Shown piece by piece: positions 1 to 8,585 of a DNA stretch of 64,000 nucleotides; the stretch's first letter is position 1; each line of letters opens with the position of its first letter. The position numbers and the translations under genes were made by a program. Location: the NCBI GenBank assembly GCA_040509495.1, contig JBEVKW010000172.1:4887-68886 (forward strand). Direction: 5' to 3'. The stretch is from Chitinophagaceae bacterium (GTDB lineage: Bacteria > Bacteroidota > Bacteroidia > Chitinophagales > Chitinophagaceae). The notes under the pieces were generated by a model. It searched no databases and had not been told where the DNA came from. It was given only the letters and a program-made list of their open reading frames with translations.

Positions 1-3000
1 TGTAGTCTTATTGATCATGGCAGCCTGTACGATTTTGTTTTTCATTTCCACTACTACTTTGCCGATATTCTGGCCTCTATCTATCAGCCCGAATGCTTCC
101 TGCACCTGGTCTGCCGAAAAAGCTGCTGTTGGTAACGGCCTGTAGTAACCTTCATCAAAGCCCCGCCTTATCTCGCCAAATAATTCCTGCAGTTCCCAGG
201 GCTTTTCATTGATCACCTTATCAAGATCGAGTGCGCTGAATGTCAGATTCCTGCTGAAGAATTGCATTGGCAGCGCTGAATTATCAATGATATCTTTTTT
301 GCCGAGTTCTAGATACCGGCCATAAGGCGCCAGCAGGGCAAAGCTCTGATAAAACACTTCCCCCGGCACAGCGCTTAATACCACATCTACACCATAACCA
401 TTTGTATCATGCAGGATACGCGAAACAAATTCGAGGTTCGACAATTTATATACATTGCGTACGCCAATGGAATGGAGATAAGCGGCCTTTTCTTCTTTGC
501 TCGTAGTGGCATACACCTCCGCTCCTACATGCTGAGCATACTGAATGGCTGCAAGCCCTACGCCTCCGGCTGCATTATGTATCAGGATGCGTTCTCCTTT
601 TTGAAGCCGGGCGATACCTTTTAATGCTTTGATCACTGTTGAAAAAACAAGCAAAACATGAGAAGGATGATTGCCTGAAAGTGCGGATGGCACCAGGCTC
701 GTCTTATCTTCCTGTAACAGCGCTGCCGACCTGAATGCGCCGTCCTTCGAGAAGCCCATCACCTGATCTCCTACTTTGAAAGATCTTACATTTTTACCCG
801 TTCTTGTCACGATCCCGGCACAATCCATTCCAATCGCCGTATTAAAGAACGTATCCACGGTTGCTTTCCGTGATATCATGCCTGTGACCTTCAGAAAATC
901 TTTAAAGTTTATAGATACGTCATCGACCTCGATCTCTAACTCGTTATCTGCCGGTGCTGCTTTTTCTTCGCGTTCATAAGAAAGAGATTTCACGCCAAGA
1001 GCGTCCGAATAAATCAGCCTTACCTGTTCGGCGGAAGTGTTGACTTCATCCAGGACAGTTGCGGGTGTTGCTCCCTCTTTCTGCAACATACGTCGCGCAT
1101 ACACGTCATTTGCCCGAACTGCCAGATGGCTTTCATCCCGGTATTGCAGGAATACTTCTGCTGGTACGTTAAAGGTCTTGTCATCAGGAGACATCTGGAT
1201 GTCTATGTTGCGAACGGATATGTGGCCAAACTCATTTCCAACCACCGACCCTACTCCCCAAAGAGGAAACAGATCGAAATTATCACACTGGTCACCTTCA
1301 AGGACATATTGTGTATTGGCTGTTACGATGTCAAGCCTTACAGAATGTGGCGGCCGCAGCGCAGCAAGTTTTTTGGCCGTCAGTAGCAGCGGAGACAAAT
1401 GATGATAACAATTTTCGGCGGATGCGTTCTCTATCCGGGATGAATCGGCAGACCATGATGAAAGAAGAATGATTGTAACGGGGCCGGACTGTTGGAGAAG
1501 ATGATCAGTAAAATCTGTTCTCACACCAGGATTAACGGTATCGATACAAACCATCGTGCCGTCATCAGCGGATGAACCAGCGATCCCGAGCATAAATGCA
1601 CTGGCGGAACGCTTGATCATTTCTTTACACAACAGGCTGGCAGCATCAGCTTCAGTTCCGTATATATAGAAAATTTCGTTCCCTGGCGCTGTAGTCGTAT
1701 TATTCCTGATCTTTTCCCATACAGGATAATAAAGAAGGTCGCTGGTTTTTACAGCCGGTGTTGCCTCCGCAGTGTTCATTTCTTTACATTCAAACCCTTC
1801 GATCAGCAGGCAAACTTCGCCATCTTCATCACAGATATAAATATCTGCCGAGAGGCCGGCTTCTGTTTCTCTGGCTGCCGTTCCATAACAGACGACTTTT
1901 CTTCCGGCAGGTTTGAGGCAATGTATCTTTCTTATAGAAACCGGAACTACTTCTTTACCGGGAAGCAGTGCTATCATCGACTGAAAGCAGCAATCCAGTA
2001 ACACCGGATGAATATAACTTTCGTTATTGTCAAGCCCCTGCGGAGCTTCTATCTCTGCGAGAACCTCTGTACTACTTTTCCGGATCTGTACAACGCCCCG
2101 GAATAATGGTCCATATTGCAATTTCCCTTTAGCAAGTGTGGCATAAAATTCTTCCGGAGAGATTTCCTGATCGCATAAAGAGCGGATCGCTGCCAGATCG
2201 ATCTTATGGCGAAGCTGATCCAATCCTCCCTGCGCAATTCTCCCGAAAGCATGCATTTGCCATTGATCGGAATGTTCGTCTTCGCTATGGCTAAAGATCT
2301 GAAACTGGCTGGTTTTTGGAAAGAATCGTGAGTTCAAAAACTGGTTGCGGGCAGAACTCACGAACAGCATCTGGTGGAAGGCGATATCTTCAAGGGTAAT
2401 AATGCCTCCTGTACTGACTACTTCCTTCCCGGCCAGGGCGATAGCAGCCACAACATATCCTGCACCAGGAAAAATTACTTTTCCCTGGACGATATGATCG
2501 TCCATGAACGGGAAAAAGTTCCTGTTCAATTCTATTTCATAAGACGGATAATAATCGGGGATCTTTTGACTCAGGAATAAGTTGCCTTGATATTCGGTTC
2601 GCTCATATTTGCTGGCACGGCCTTCATTCCAGAACTGCGCATGTTGCCACTGATAGCGCGGGAGATCGATCTTGTTGCCAACAGGCGTGATGCTGCTTAG
2701 GTCAAGCGGATATCCTATCGTATAAAATTGTCCGAGTTGCTGGTAAAGGTACATCTGTTCACTTTCCTTCCTGTTCATGGTATCCAGCAATACTGCTTTG
2801 TGCTCTATCTCCTTCAATGTTTCCTGGATAGAGGTTTTTAAAACAGGATGAGGTCCGATCTCTACAAATAACCTTACTCCATCCTTTGCAAGTTGTTCGA
2901 TGGCGGTGGTAAAATCCACAGAATCGCGAACGTTTTTAAACCAGTATTCATTGTTGATCTGAGTGCCGTCGATCTTATGTCCGGAAACAGTTGAATAGAG

Positions 3001-5283
3001 ATCTGTAGTGGTCGTTGCAGGTTGAAGTGCAGACAGTGATTCGAGTAATTCATCTCTGATGGGATCCATCAACGGACTATGATAAGGAACTTCCACATCG
3101 AGCACGCGGTTGAAGATTCCTTTGAGACTTAGTTGTAACGCGATATCGGCGAGACTGTCTTCATCACCAGCGAGAGTAAGCGAGTGAGGACTGTTGATTG
3201 CTGCAATTGACACACCGCTGTAGCCTTGTAACAGATCAGCAGCATCCTGCCTGGTAAGGGAAACAGCCAGCATCGCTCCTTTTCCTGCGGCAGTGCTTTG
3301 CAGTCTGCTTCGGTGATAGCTTACCGTGAGTGCTTCTTCAAGCGTAAGTGCTCCGGAAAAATAAGTAGAAGCAACTTCACCAACACTATGACCTGCAAAT
3401 GCATCAGCTTTTATGCCGAAGCCGTTCAGCAGCCTGACCAGGCCATATTGAATAAAGAAGTTGGCAGGCTGTGCTATGCAGGTATCTTTTATTGTTGATT
3501 TATCTTCGTCTTTCAGTAATTCGTCAATTACCGACCAGGACGAGATCTTTTTAAAGATCCTGTCACATTCCAGCAGGGCTTCACGGAAAACCGGCTCTTT
3601 CTCATAAAGTTCACGCCCCATTTTCCACCATTGTGGCCCCATTCCTGTGAAGATAAATGCCGTTTTAAGGCTATGCTGAACACGTTCATTGTAAACAATT
3701 CCTTTTGCGGGTGTTTGGGAAATGAAGTCCTGAAGCCGATCAATCAATTCTTCCCTTGAACGGGCTGCAATCGCCAGGCGATGACGCAATTGTGATTTCC
3801 GGTAAGTGGTATTATATAGAATGTCTTCTAAAGAATTTGATCTATCACCAATGAACGCCACGTATACTTTGGCCATTTCCGACAGGGCGGCTTTGCTTCC
3901 TGCACTAAGCTGAAAGATAAAAGGACGATCCTTTACTTCTTTTTTGATCTTCGCTTTACTCTTTACCGCCGCCTTGTATTCCTGCAATAGCACGTGTGCA
4001 TTGGTACCTCCGTATCCAAACGAATTAATACCTGCATAGGAAAGTGTATTACGCGGCAGATCCTCCACCTGCTGTGGAACGCGTAATGGACTTTCTTCGT
4101 AATTCAACCCGGGATTGGGCGCATTGAAGTGAAGGTTTGGAGGTACCTGTTTGTTTTTAAGGCAGAGAACGGCTTTTATCAGCCCCGCCACACCGGCGCC
4201 GGCTTCCAGGTGACCGATATTTGATTTTACAGAACCGACAAAACAGCGGCCATTGTTGTATCCCTTTTCTGTCAGCACATGACTGAGCGCTCTGAATTCA
4301 ACCGGGTCACCAGCCTGCGTACCCGTTCCATGTGCTTCGATGTAATGGAGGTCATTGATATTCAGATCAGCCTCTTCGTATACTTTTTTGATAAGTTTTT
4401 TTTGAGATTCATAATTTGGCGTGGTGATCCCATTGGTCTTGCCATCCTGGTTTACTCCTGTTGAACGGATAAGCCCATAGATCTTATCTCCATCCTTTAT
4501 AGCTTTATCCAGCGGCTTCAGCAAAACGATGCCGGCGCCTTCACCCCTCACATAACCGGAAGCATCACGGTCAAATGTTCTGCATCTGCCATCTTTGGAA
4601 AGAAATTTTCCCGCGCTCATTACAATGCTTGCGCTGGGTATCAACATCAGGTTGACCCCTCCGCTTATAGCCATATCACATTCTCCGGCCCATATATCCC
4701 TGCATGCATAATGTAATGCTACCAGGGATGAAGAACAGGCTGTATCAATCGTAATACTCGGCCCCTTCAGGTCGTACAGATAAGAGAGCCTGTTTGATAT
4801 CATCGTCAGCATGGAGCCCGTCGCAACACTTGGGTTGAGTAAATGCCGGCTTTTCCTGTCCAGCTGAAGTAAGGTATAGTCAAATGTGAAGCCTCCAACA
4901 TATACACCGGTGTTGCTGTTGGACAATTGATGAGTAGTGATCCCCGCATCTTCGATCGCTTCAAATGAAACTTCCATCAATAAACGTTGCTGGGGGTCCA
5001 TGCTATTGGCTTCCCGCGGTGACATCTCAAAAAAATCAGCATCGAATCCATCGACCTGCTCACGCAGAAATCCTCCTTGCGTTGTAGCGATCTTATCATG
5101 CCTTGTGTCCTGGTCGGGATTATAAAACTTTCTTATATCCCACCGTTCTTTTGGAACAGTGATAACGGCGTCCTGCTTATTTAACAGAAGTTCCCACAAC
5201 TTATCGGGGTTTGAAGCTCCACCAGGAAGCCGGCAACCAATTCCAATAATTGCGATAGGTGGTTTCTTAGCGCTGCGTTTCAT
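1..5283 (-). CDS. Type I polyketide synthase, N-terminal part (KS-AT-DH-linker/psiKR-ER...). The 3' end runs off the left window edge.
   Basis: My own translation of the minus strand from the ATG at 5283-5281 (MKRSAKKPPIAIIGIGCRLPGGASNPDKLWELL...) stays open to position 1. KS motifs: DTACSSS (Cys codon 4735-4737), HGTGT and GHLE. AT motif: GHSVGE (Ser codon 3385-3387). DH motif: HxxxGxxxxP in DDHIVQGKVIFPGAGY (His codon 2494-2496). ER nucleotide site: HNAAGGVGLAAIQ (about 556-594). It is absent from the ORF track, presumably because no stop codon lies inside the window. Confidence 0.9.
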   Translation of the reverse strand, partial: MKRSAKKPPIAIIGIGCRLPGGASNPDKLWELLLNKQDAVITVPKERWDIRKFYNPDQDTRHDKIATTQGGFLREQVDGFDADFFEMSPREANSMDPQQRLLMEVSFEAIEDAGITTHQLSNSNTGVYVGGFTFDYTLLQLDRKSRHLLNPSVATGSMLTMISNRLSYLYDLKGPSITIDTACSSSLVALHYACRDIWAGECDMAISGGVNLMLIPSASIVMSAGKFLSKDGRCRTFDRDASGYVRGEGAGIVLLKPLDKAIKDGDKIYGLIRSTGVNQDGKTNGITTPNYESQKKLIKKVYEEADLNINDLHYIEAHGTGTQAGDPVEFRALSHVLTEKGYNNGRCFVGSVKSNIGHLEAGAGVAGLIKAVLCLKNKQVPPNLHFNAPNPGLNYEESPLRVPQQVEDLPRNTLSYAGINSFGYGGTNAHVLLQEYKAAVKSKAKIKKEVKDRPFIFQLSAGSKAALSEMAKVYVAFIGDRSNSLEDILYNTTYRKSQLRHRLAIAARSREELIDRLQDFISQTPAKGIVYNERVQHSLKTAFIFTGMGPQWWKMGRELYEKEPVFREALLECDRIFKKISSWSVIDELLKDEDKSTIKDTCIAQPANFFIQYGLVRLLNGFGIKADAFAGHSVGEVASTYFSGALTLEEALTVSYHRSRLQSTAAGKGAMLAVSLTRQDAADLLQGYSGVSIAAINSPHSLTLAGDEDSLADIALQLSLKGIFNRVLDVEVPYHSPLMDPIRDELLESLSALQPATTTTDLYSTVSGHKIDGTQINNEYWFKNVRDSVDFTTAIEQLAKDGVRLFVEIGPHPVLKTSIQETLKEIEHKAVLLDTMNRKESEQMYLYQQLGQFYTIGYPLDLSSITPVGNKIDLPRYQWQHAQFWNEGRASKYERTEYQGNLFLSQKIPDYYPSYEIELNRNFFPFMDDHIVQGKVIFPGAGYVVAAIALAGKEVVSTGGIITLEDIAFHQMLFVSSARNQFLNSRFFPKTSQFQIFSHSEDEHSDQWQMHAFGRIAQGGLDQLRHKIDLAAIRSLCDQEISPEEFYATLAKGKLQYGPLFRGVVQIRKSSTEVLAEIEAPQGLDNNESYIHPVLLDCCFQSMIALLPGKEVVPVSIRKIHCLKPAGRKVVCYGTAARETEAGLSADIYICDEDGEVCLLIEGFECKEMNTAEATPAVKTSDLLYYPVWEKIRNNTTTAPGNEIFYIYGTEADAASLLCKEMIKRSASAFMLGIAGSSADDGTMVCIDTVNPGVRTDFTDHLLQQSGPVTIILLSSWSADSSRIENASAENCYHHLSPLLLTAKKLAALRPPHSVRLDIVTANTQYVLEGDQCDNFDLFPLWGVGSVVGNEFGHISVRNIDIQMSPDDKTFNVPAEVFLQYRDESHLAVRANDVYARRMLQKEGATPATVLDEVNTSAEQVRLIYSDALGVKSLSYEREEKAAPADNELEIEVDDVSINFKDFLKVTGMISRKATVDTFFNTAIGMDCAGIVTRTGKNVRSFKVGDQVMGFSKDGAFRSAALLQEDKTSLVPSALSGNHPSHVLLVFSTVIKALKGIARLQKGERILIHNAAGGVGLAAIQYAQHVGAEVYATTSKEEKAAYLHSIGVRNVYKLSNLEFVSRILHDTNGYGVDVVLSAVPGEVFYQSFALLAPYGRYLELGKKDIIDNSALPMQFFSRNLTFSALDLDKVINEKPWELQELFGEIRRGFDEGYYRPLPTAAFSADQVQEAFGLIDRGQNIGKVVVEMKNKIVQAAMINKTT

Positions 5284-5320
5284 ATTAAAGTGTTTAATAA
5301 CCTCCATAGAGGTTCCTTCC

Positions 5321-5343
5321 GGGCAGAATGCATGACTCTGCCC
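5321..5343 (-). promoter_or_regulatory. Hairpin in the leader between the antiterminator gene and the PKS start
   Basis: gggcaga-N9-tctgccc (7-bp stem) lies 38-60 nt upstream of the PKS ATG. A second hairpin, aacctc-cata-gaggtt, lies at 5299-5314. Confidence 0.3.
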
Positions 5344-5621
5344 GTTAAAAAGGACAAGGCCCTTTTTTTGCAGGAATGATCAGATCGCGTGGCTATTACA
5401 GCGAACTGCGGCGACTGCCACAGTATGAGCCTTACGATCTTCGATACAATAAAGACTGCGATTTTGTTAGCAAGGATCAGGAGCTTTCAAGCGGAGGCTT
5501 TCGTAGTAAAAGATATTGGATAGAAGAATCTGAGACTTTATCTAAAAATGCTAACAGATGAAGAATAGATGATTTATCAGCTATGTGATTCCGTATTTGA
5601 CGATTTAAATATCGCTTATAG

Positions 5622-6131
5622 TTAGTGAATTATTTGTATCAATGAAGGGCAAATTGTTACCAGCAAAGCTCTTTCAATTACTTTAACTGATACGCAAACC
5701 TTCTTCTCTCCCTTGAAGTCAACAAGTTCACCGGTCAATCCTTCGAACGCGCCACCGGTGATCCTCACCTTCTGTCCCTTTGGTAAACCATGAAGCACTT
5801 CAAAGCTTTCTGATTCACCTGTGATTGTCTTGATGTCTTCAATGATCGAACTGTCCATCGAATAAACTTTGCCATCTGACTTTAAAAAATACAATGCTCC
5901 AAGGCAATTTAATGTTACGAGGTATTCCTGAGATGAGTTGATTTTTACAAACAAATAAGAAGGAAATAATGGAAGGCTTCTTTTTACTTTTCTGTTTCTG
6001 ACGGTGGTGACAACATTTCGTAAGGGCAGGTAATTTTCAATTTTCTCCCGTTGCAAAGACTCAGCGATCTTTTTTTCGTTTTTAGAACGGGTATACAGGA
6101 CATGCCAATTACCCGGAGAATGAATTTTCAT
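5622..6131 (-). CDS. UpxY/NusG-like specialised transcription antiterminator (NGN plus KOW domains)
   Basis: 169 aa. The N-terminus WHVLYTRSKNEKKIAESLQREKIENYLPL...LFPSYLFVKI is NGN-like. GQKVRITGGAFEGLTGELVDF is KOW-like. It lies directly upstream of, and co-directional with, the PKS gene, and is not in a secE-nusG-rplK context. Confidence 0.8.
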   Translation of the reverse strand: MKIHSPGNWHVLYTRSKNEKKIAESLQREKIENYLPLRNVVTTVRNRKVKRSLPLFPSYLFVKINSSQEYLVTLNCLGALYFLKSDGKVYSMDSSIIEDIKTITGESESFEVLHGLPKGQKVRITGGAFEGLTGELVDFKGEKKVCVSVKVIERALLVTICPSLIQIIH

Positions 6132-7510
6132 ACAGTGGTATATGGTTTAGTGTGGTATTTGTATACTTAAGAACTCCCTGGCGGCAGCATACTGCGGATA
6201 TCAGGACATGCAATGAACCGGGATGATCTTATTGGTCCGCCGCTACCTGTAAAATTTCAGAGGCCCGTTTCAGATAAATAGAATGCTTGTATAAGGCAAG
6301 TCTTATACAGGTACAACTATCAAAATGTGTTAAAGGAGATTAGACAGGTAGTCGGAAAAATGGTGCAAGCCAGACTTTGTTTAAGTGCATAGCTATCGCT
6401 ACAGTAAAGTGCACTTCCTTTTGTATTCTATTCATTACCGCTCATCACAAATCGTTGACTCTAATTATACATGAGAAAGTTAGAGGTTTTTTAAACAAAA
6501 AACATCAGGATAACTGAATTTTTTTTTAATCAGTATGAACATTGCTCAACGGATAAAAATCAAACCATGTTCTCTTAAAAAAAATGATTCTGCTTTCTTG
6601 TTAACATGATTCGACGATAGACAGTGCATTCATTTTTTTATTAAAGGAAAACACTTAAACGAATGAAGCATATTAGGTGTTTCCTATTACAGACGAGAAT
6701 AAATTCCGGTCAATTGAATGAAATAAAAAAAAAGCGCAGAAGGATCGTTCATTAACAATGGGGGTGATTTCCTCTCTGTATAACCGTTAAAACACCGTGC
6801 CCGTTTTTGCATCTCTATCTTTATTCCGTCTTGACATATATGATGATTTTATCTCCTGTCTTTACGCTTATCTGACCGTGTTGTCGTTAATTCGATCAAA
6901 CATGCCGCTTTAAAATAAGTCACTATTATTTTGTGTAGCATTCATCAGGCGGATTCAATCACTGACTTTGCATCTCTTGAACAATGCGTTTAAACTTTGA
7001 CAAGCTATATTTATCAACCGATCAGGAGAAAGCAGATAGTAATTTATTTTTTTGATAGAAGACCTTGTTAGTTTATCATCACTGATCATTGAACAATCAA
7101 CTTTCTTCATTTGAATTTCTACTCGTAAGGGCCTGATGCCTGTCCCCTGATCAAACAGTTACGAAGATTGTAAGCGTGTTCATTTAATTCAGAATAATAG
7201 ATCAATATCAAAAGAGTTAATTTGATATCCTCTTCTTGAATACGGTTGTTCTCTCGTTAAGCCATGAGTCTTTTATAAACCAGGAATAAAATGCAATTGA
7301 AATATGAATGATGGTCTGACTGGTTTGGATCCAATCTTCACGTTAAAAGCGGAAATGAAAAAAGGTGACGGCTATGAAAGATTTGATGTTTGTTTCATCT
7401 GCAATCTTGTATTGCTTTAATCATTTAAAGCAGTGTATTGAGGAAGATCGTTCCCGCTATAGTTGTACGAAGCAGTAAGAATTTTTTTGCAAAGACGTGT
7501 TATGATAAAT

Positions 7511-7537
7511 ATCAACCGGAGTAGACGTGCGGTTGAT
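7511..7537 (-). terminator. Hairpin downstream of the winged-helix regulator gene
   Basis: atcaaccg-N11-cggttgat (8-bp stem), 30-56 nt after the stop, followed on the minus strand by atttatcata. Confidence 0.3.
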
Positions 7538-7566
7538 TAGCGATACCGGATTGATCGCCACCTGGC

Positions 7567-8463
7567 TCAGGCATTTAATTTATATCCTTTGCCATGCACA
7601 TTTACGATCTTAACAGAAGGATCAGCGCTTAATTTCTTTCTGAGTTTGGATATCAGAACGTCTACATTGCGGGTGATCACCACAACGCCGTCGTCCTCCC
7701 AGATCTCTTTCATGAGCAGTTCCCTTGCAACTACCTGGTTCTGGTGTGATGTAAGCAGGCTCAATGCTTTCGCTTCCTTAACAGAAAGTTCGATGGTTTC
7801 GCCATTAAGGTGAAGCATTCCCGTTGAACCGGCAAATACAAAATTCCCGATTGTTTTATAATCAGCATCAACCAGAAGGGGGGAAACCTTACCTGGCATG
7901 GACTCATTAACCTTTTCGTCTATAAGTTGCCGGGGTGCTGAAATGCTGTTCCTTCTGCGGGTGAAATATAAACCTGCAAAAGCAACCGGGATCAATGTAA
8001 GTAAAAGCCAGCTGTAGTTAAATGATCTTGTTGCGGGAAATGAGATGTCAATGAAGTAGCAGCCGGTTTGCTGTTGACGTCCCCGGCAGGGTTTCAGATC
8101 GCCGTTGGTGGTGTTGACTTCATAAGCAAAAATAGTCCTGTTTTGATCGCAGGCATTTACACTCACCGTGTAATTATTCAGCCTGTCCGTTTTTGCCAAT
8201 TGCTGATGAACGAGTCTCATTAATGTGTCCGGGATAAATCCAAAACCTTTCTCAAAGGAGATCCGGAAAGTGTTCTTATCGATTGTTTCAACCGGCAACA
8301 CGCGGGACGTGGAATCGTTGGAATGAAGCAAAACCTGGTGCCCGATATTGCGCAGCACAATCTCCAGGTGCTTATCAGGACGCTCATTTTCCTTTTTTAC
8401 AAAGGCCATGACAAATATTATCATGGTGACTGAAAGGACGGCGAACAAGGAATATTGCTTCAT
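7567..8463 (-). CDS. Membrane-anchored transcriptional regulator with a C-terminal OmpR/PhoB-type winged-helix DNA-binding domain
   Basis: 298 aa. N-terminal hydrophobic segment (FAVLSVTMIIFVMAF), a roughly 130-aa middle domain, a second TM (WLLLTLIPVAFAGLYF followed by RRR), then LSVKEAKALSLL...VISRNVDVLISKLRKKL...VHGKGYKL, typical of the trans_reg_C fold. Confidence 0.75.
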   Translation of the reverse strand: MKQYSLFAVLSVTMIIFVMAFVKKENERPDKHLEIVLRNIGHQVLLHSNDSTSRVLPVETIDKNTFRISFEKGFGFIPDTLMRLVHQQLAKTDRLNNYTVSVNACDQNRTIFAYEVNTTNGDLKPCRGRQQQTGCYFIDISFPATRSFNYSWLLLTLIPVAFAGLYFTRRRNSISAPRQLIDEKVNESMPGKVSPLLVDADYKTIGNFVFAGSTGMLHLNGETIELSVKEAKALSLLTSHQNQVVARELLMKEIWEDDGVVVITRNVDVLISKLRKKLSADPSVKIVNVHGKGYKLNA

Positions 8464-8585
8464 ATTGATAAAGCTAAGATTGGACTGCTAATGTAAACCG
8501 ATTTTAAACAGTATTTACATTGTTTTACAACCTTTTTACACTCTTTCCCGCTCATCCGGCCGCAAAGCCGATAGGTTTGTCAGGT

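Noticed and set aside
409-5125. About a dozen short plus-strand and minus-strand ORFs (60-120 codons) listed in the track across the first 5 kb
   Set aside because: They lie antisense to, or out of frame with, the continuous minus-strand PKS reading frame, which carries clear KS/AT/DH/ER motifs. They are shadow ORFs.
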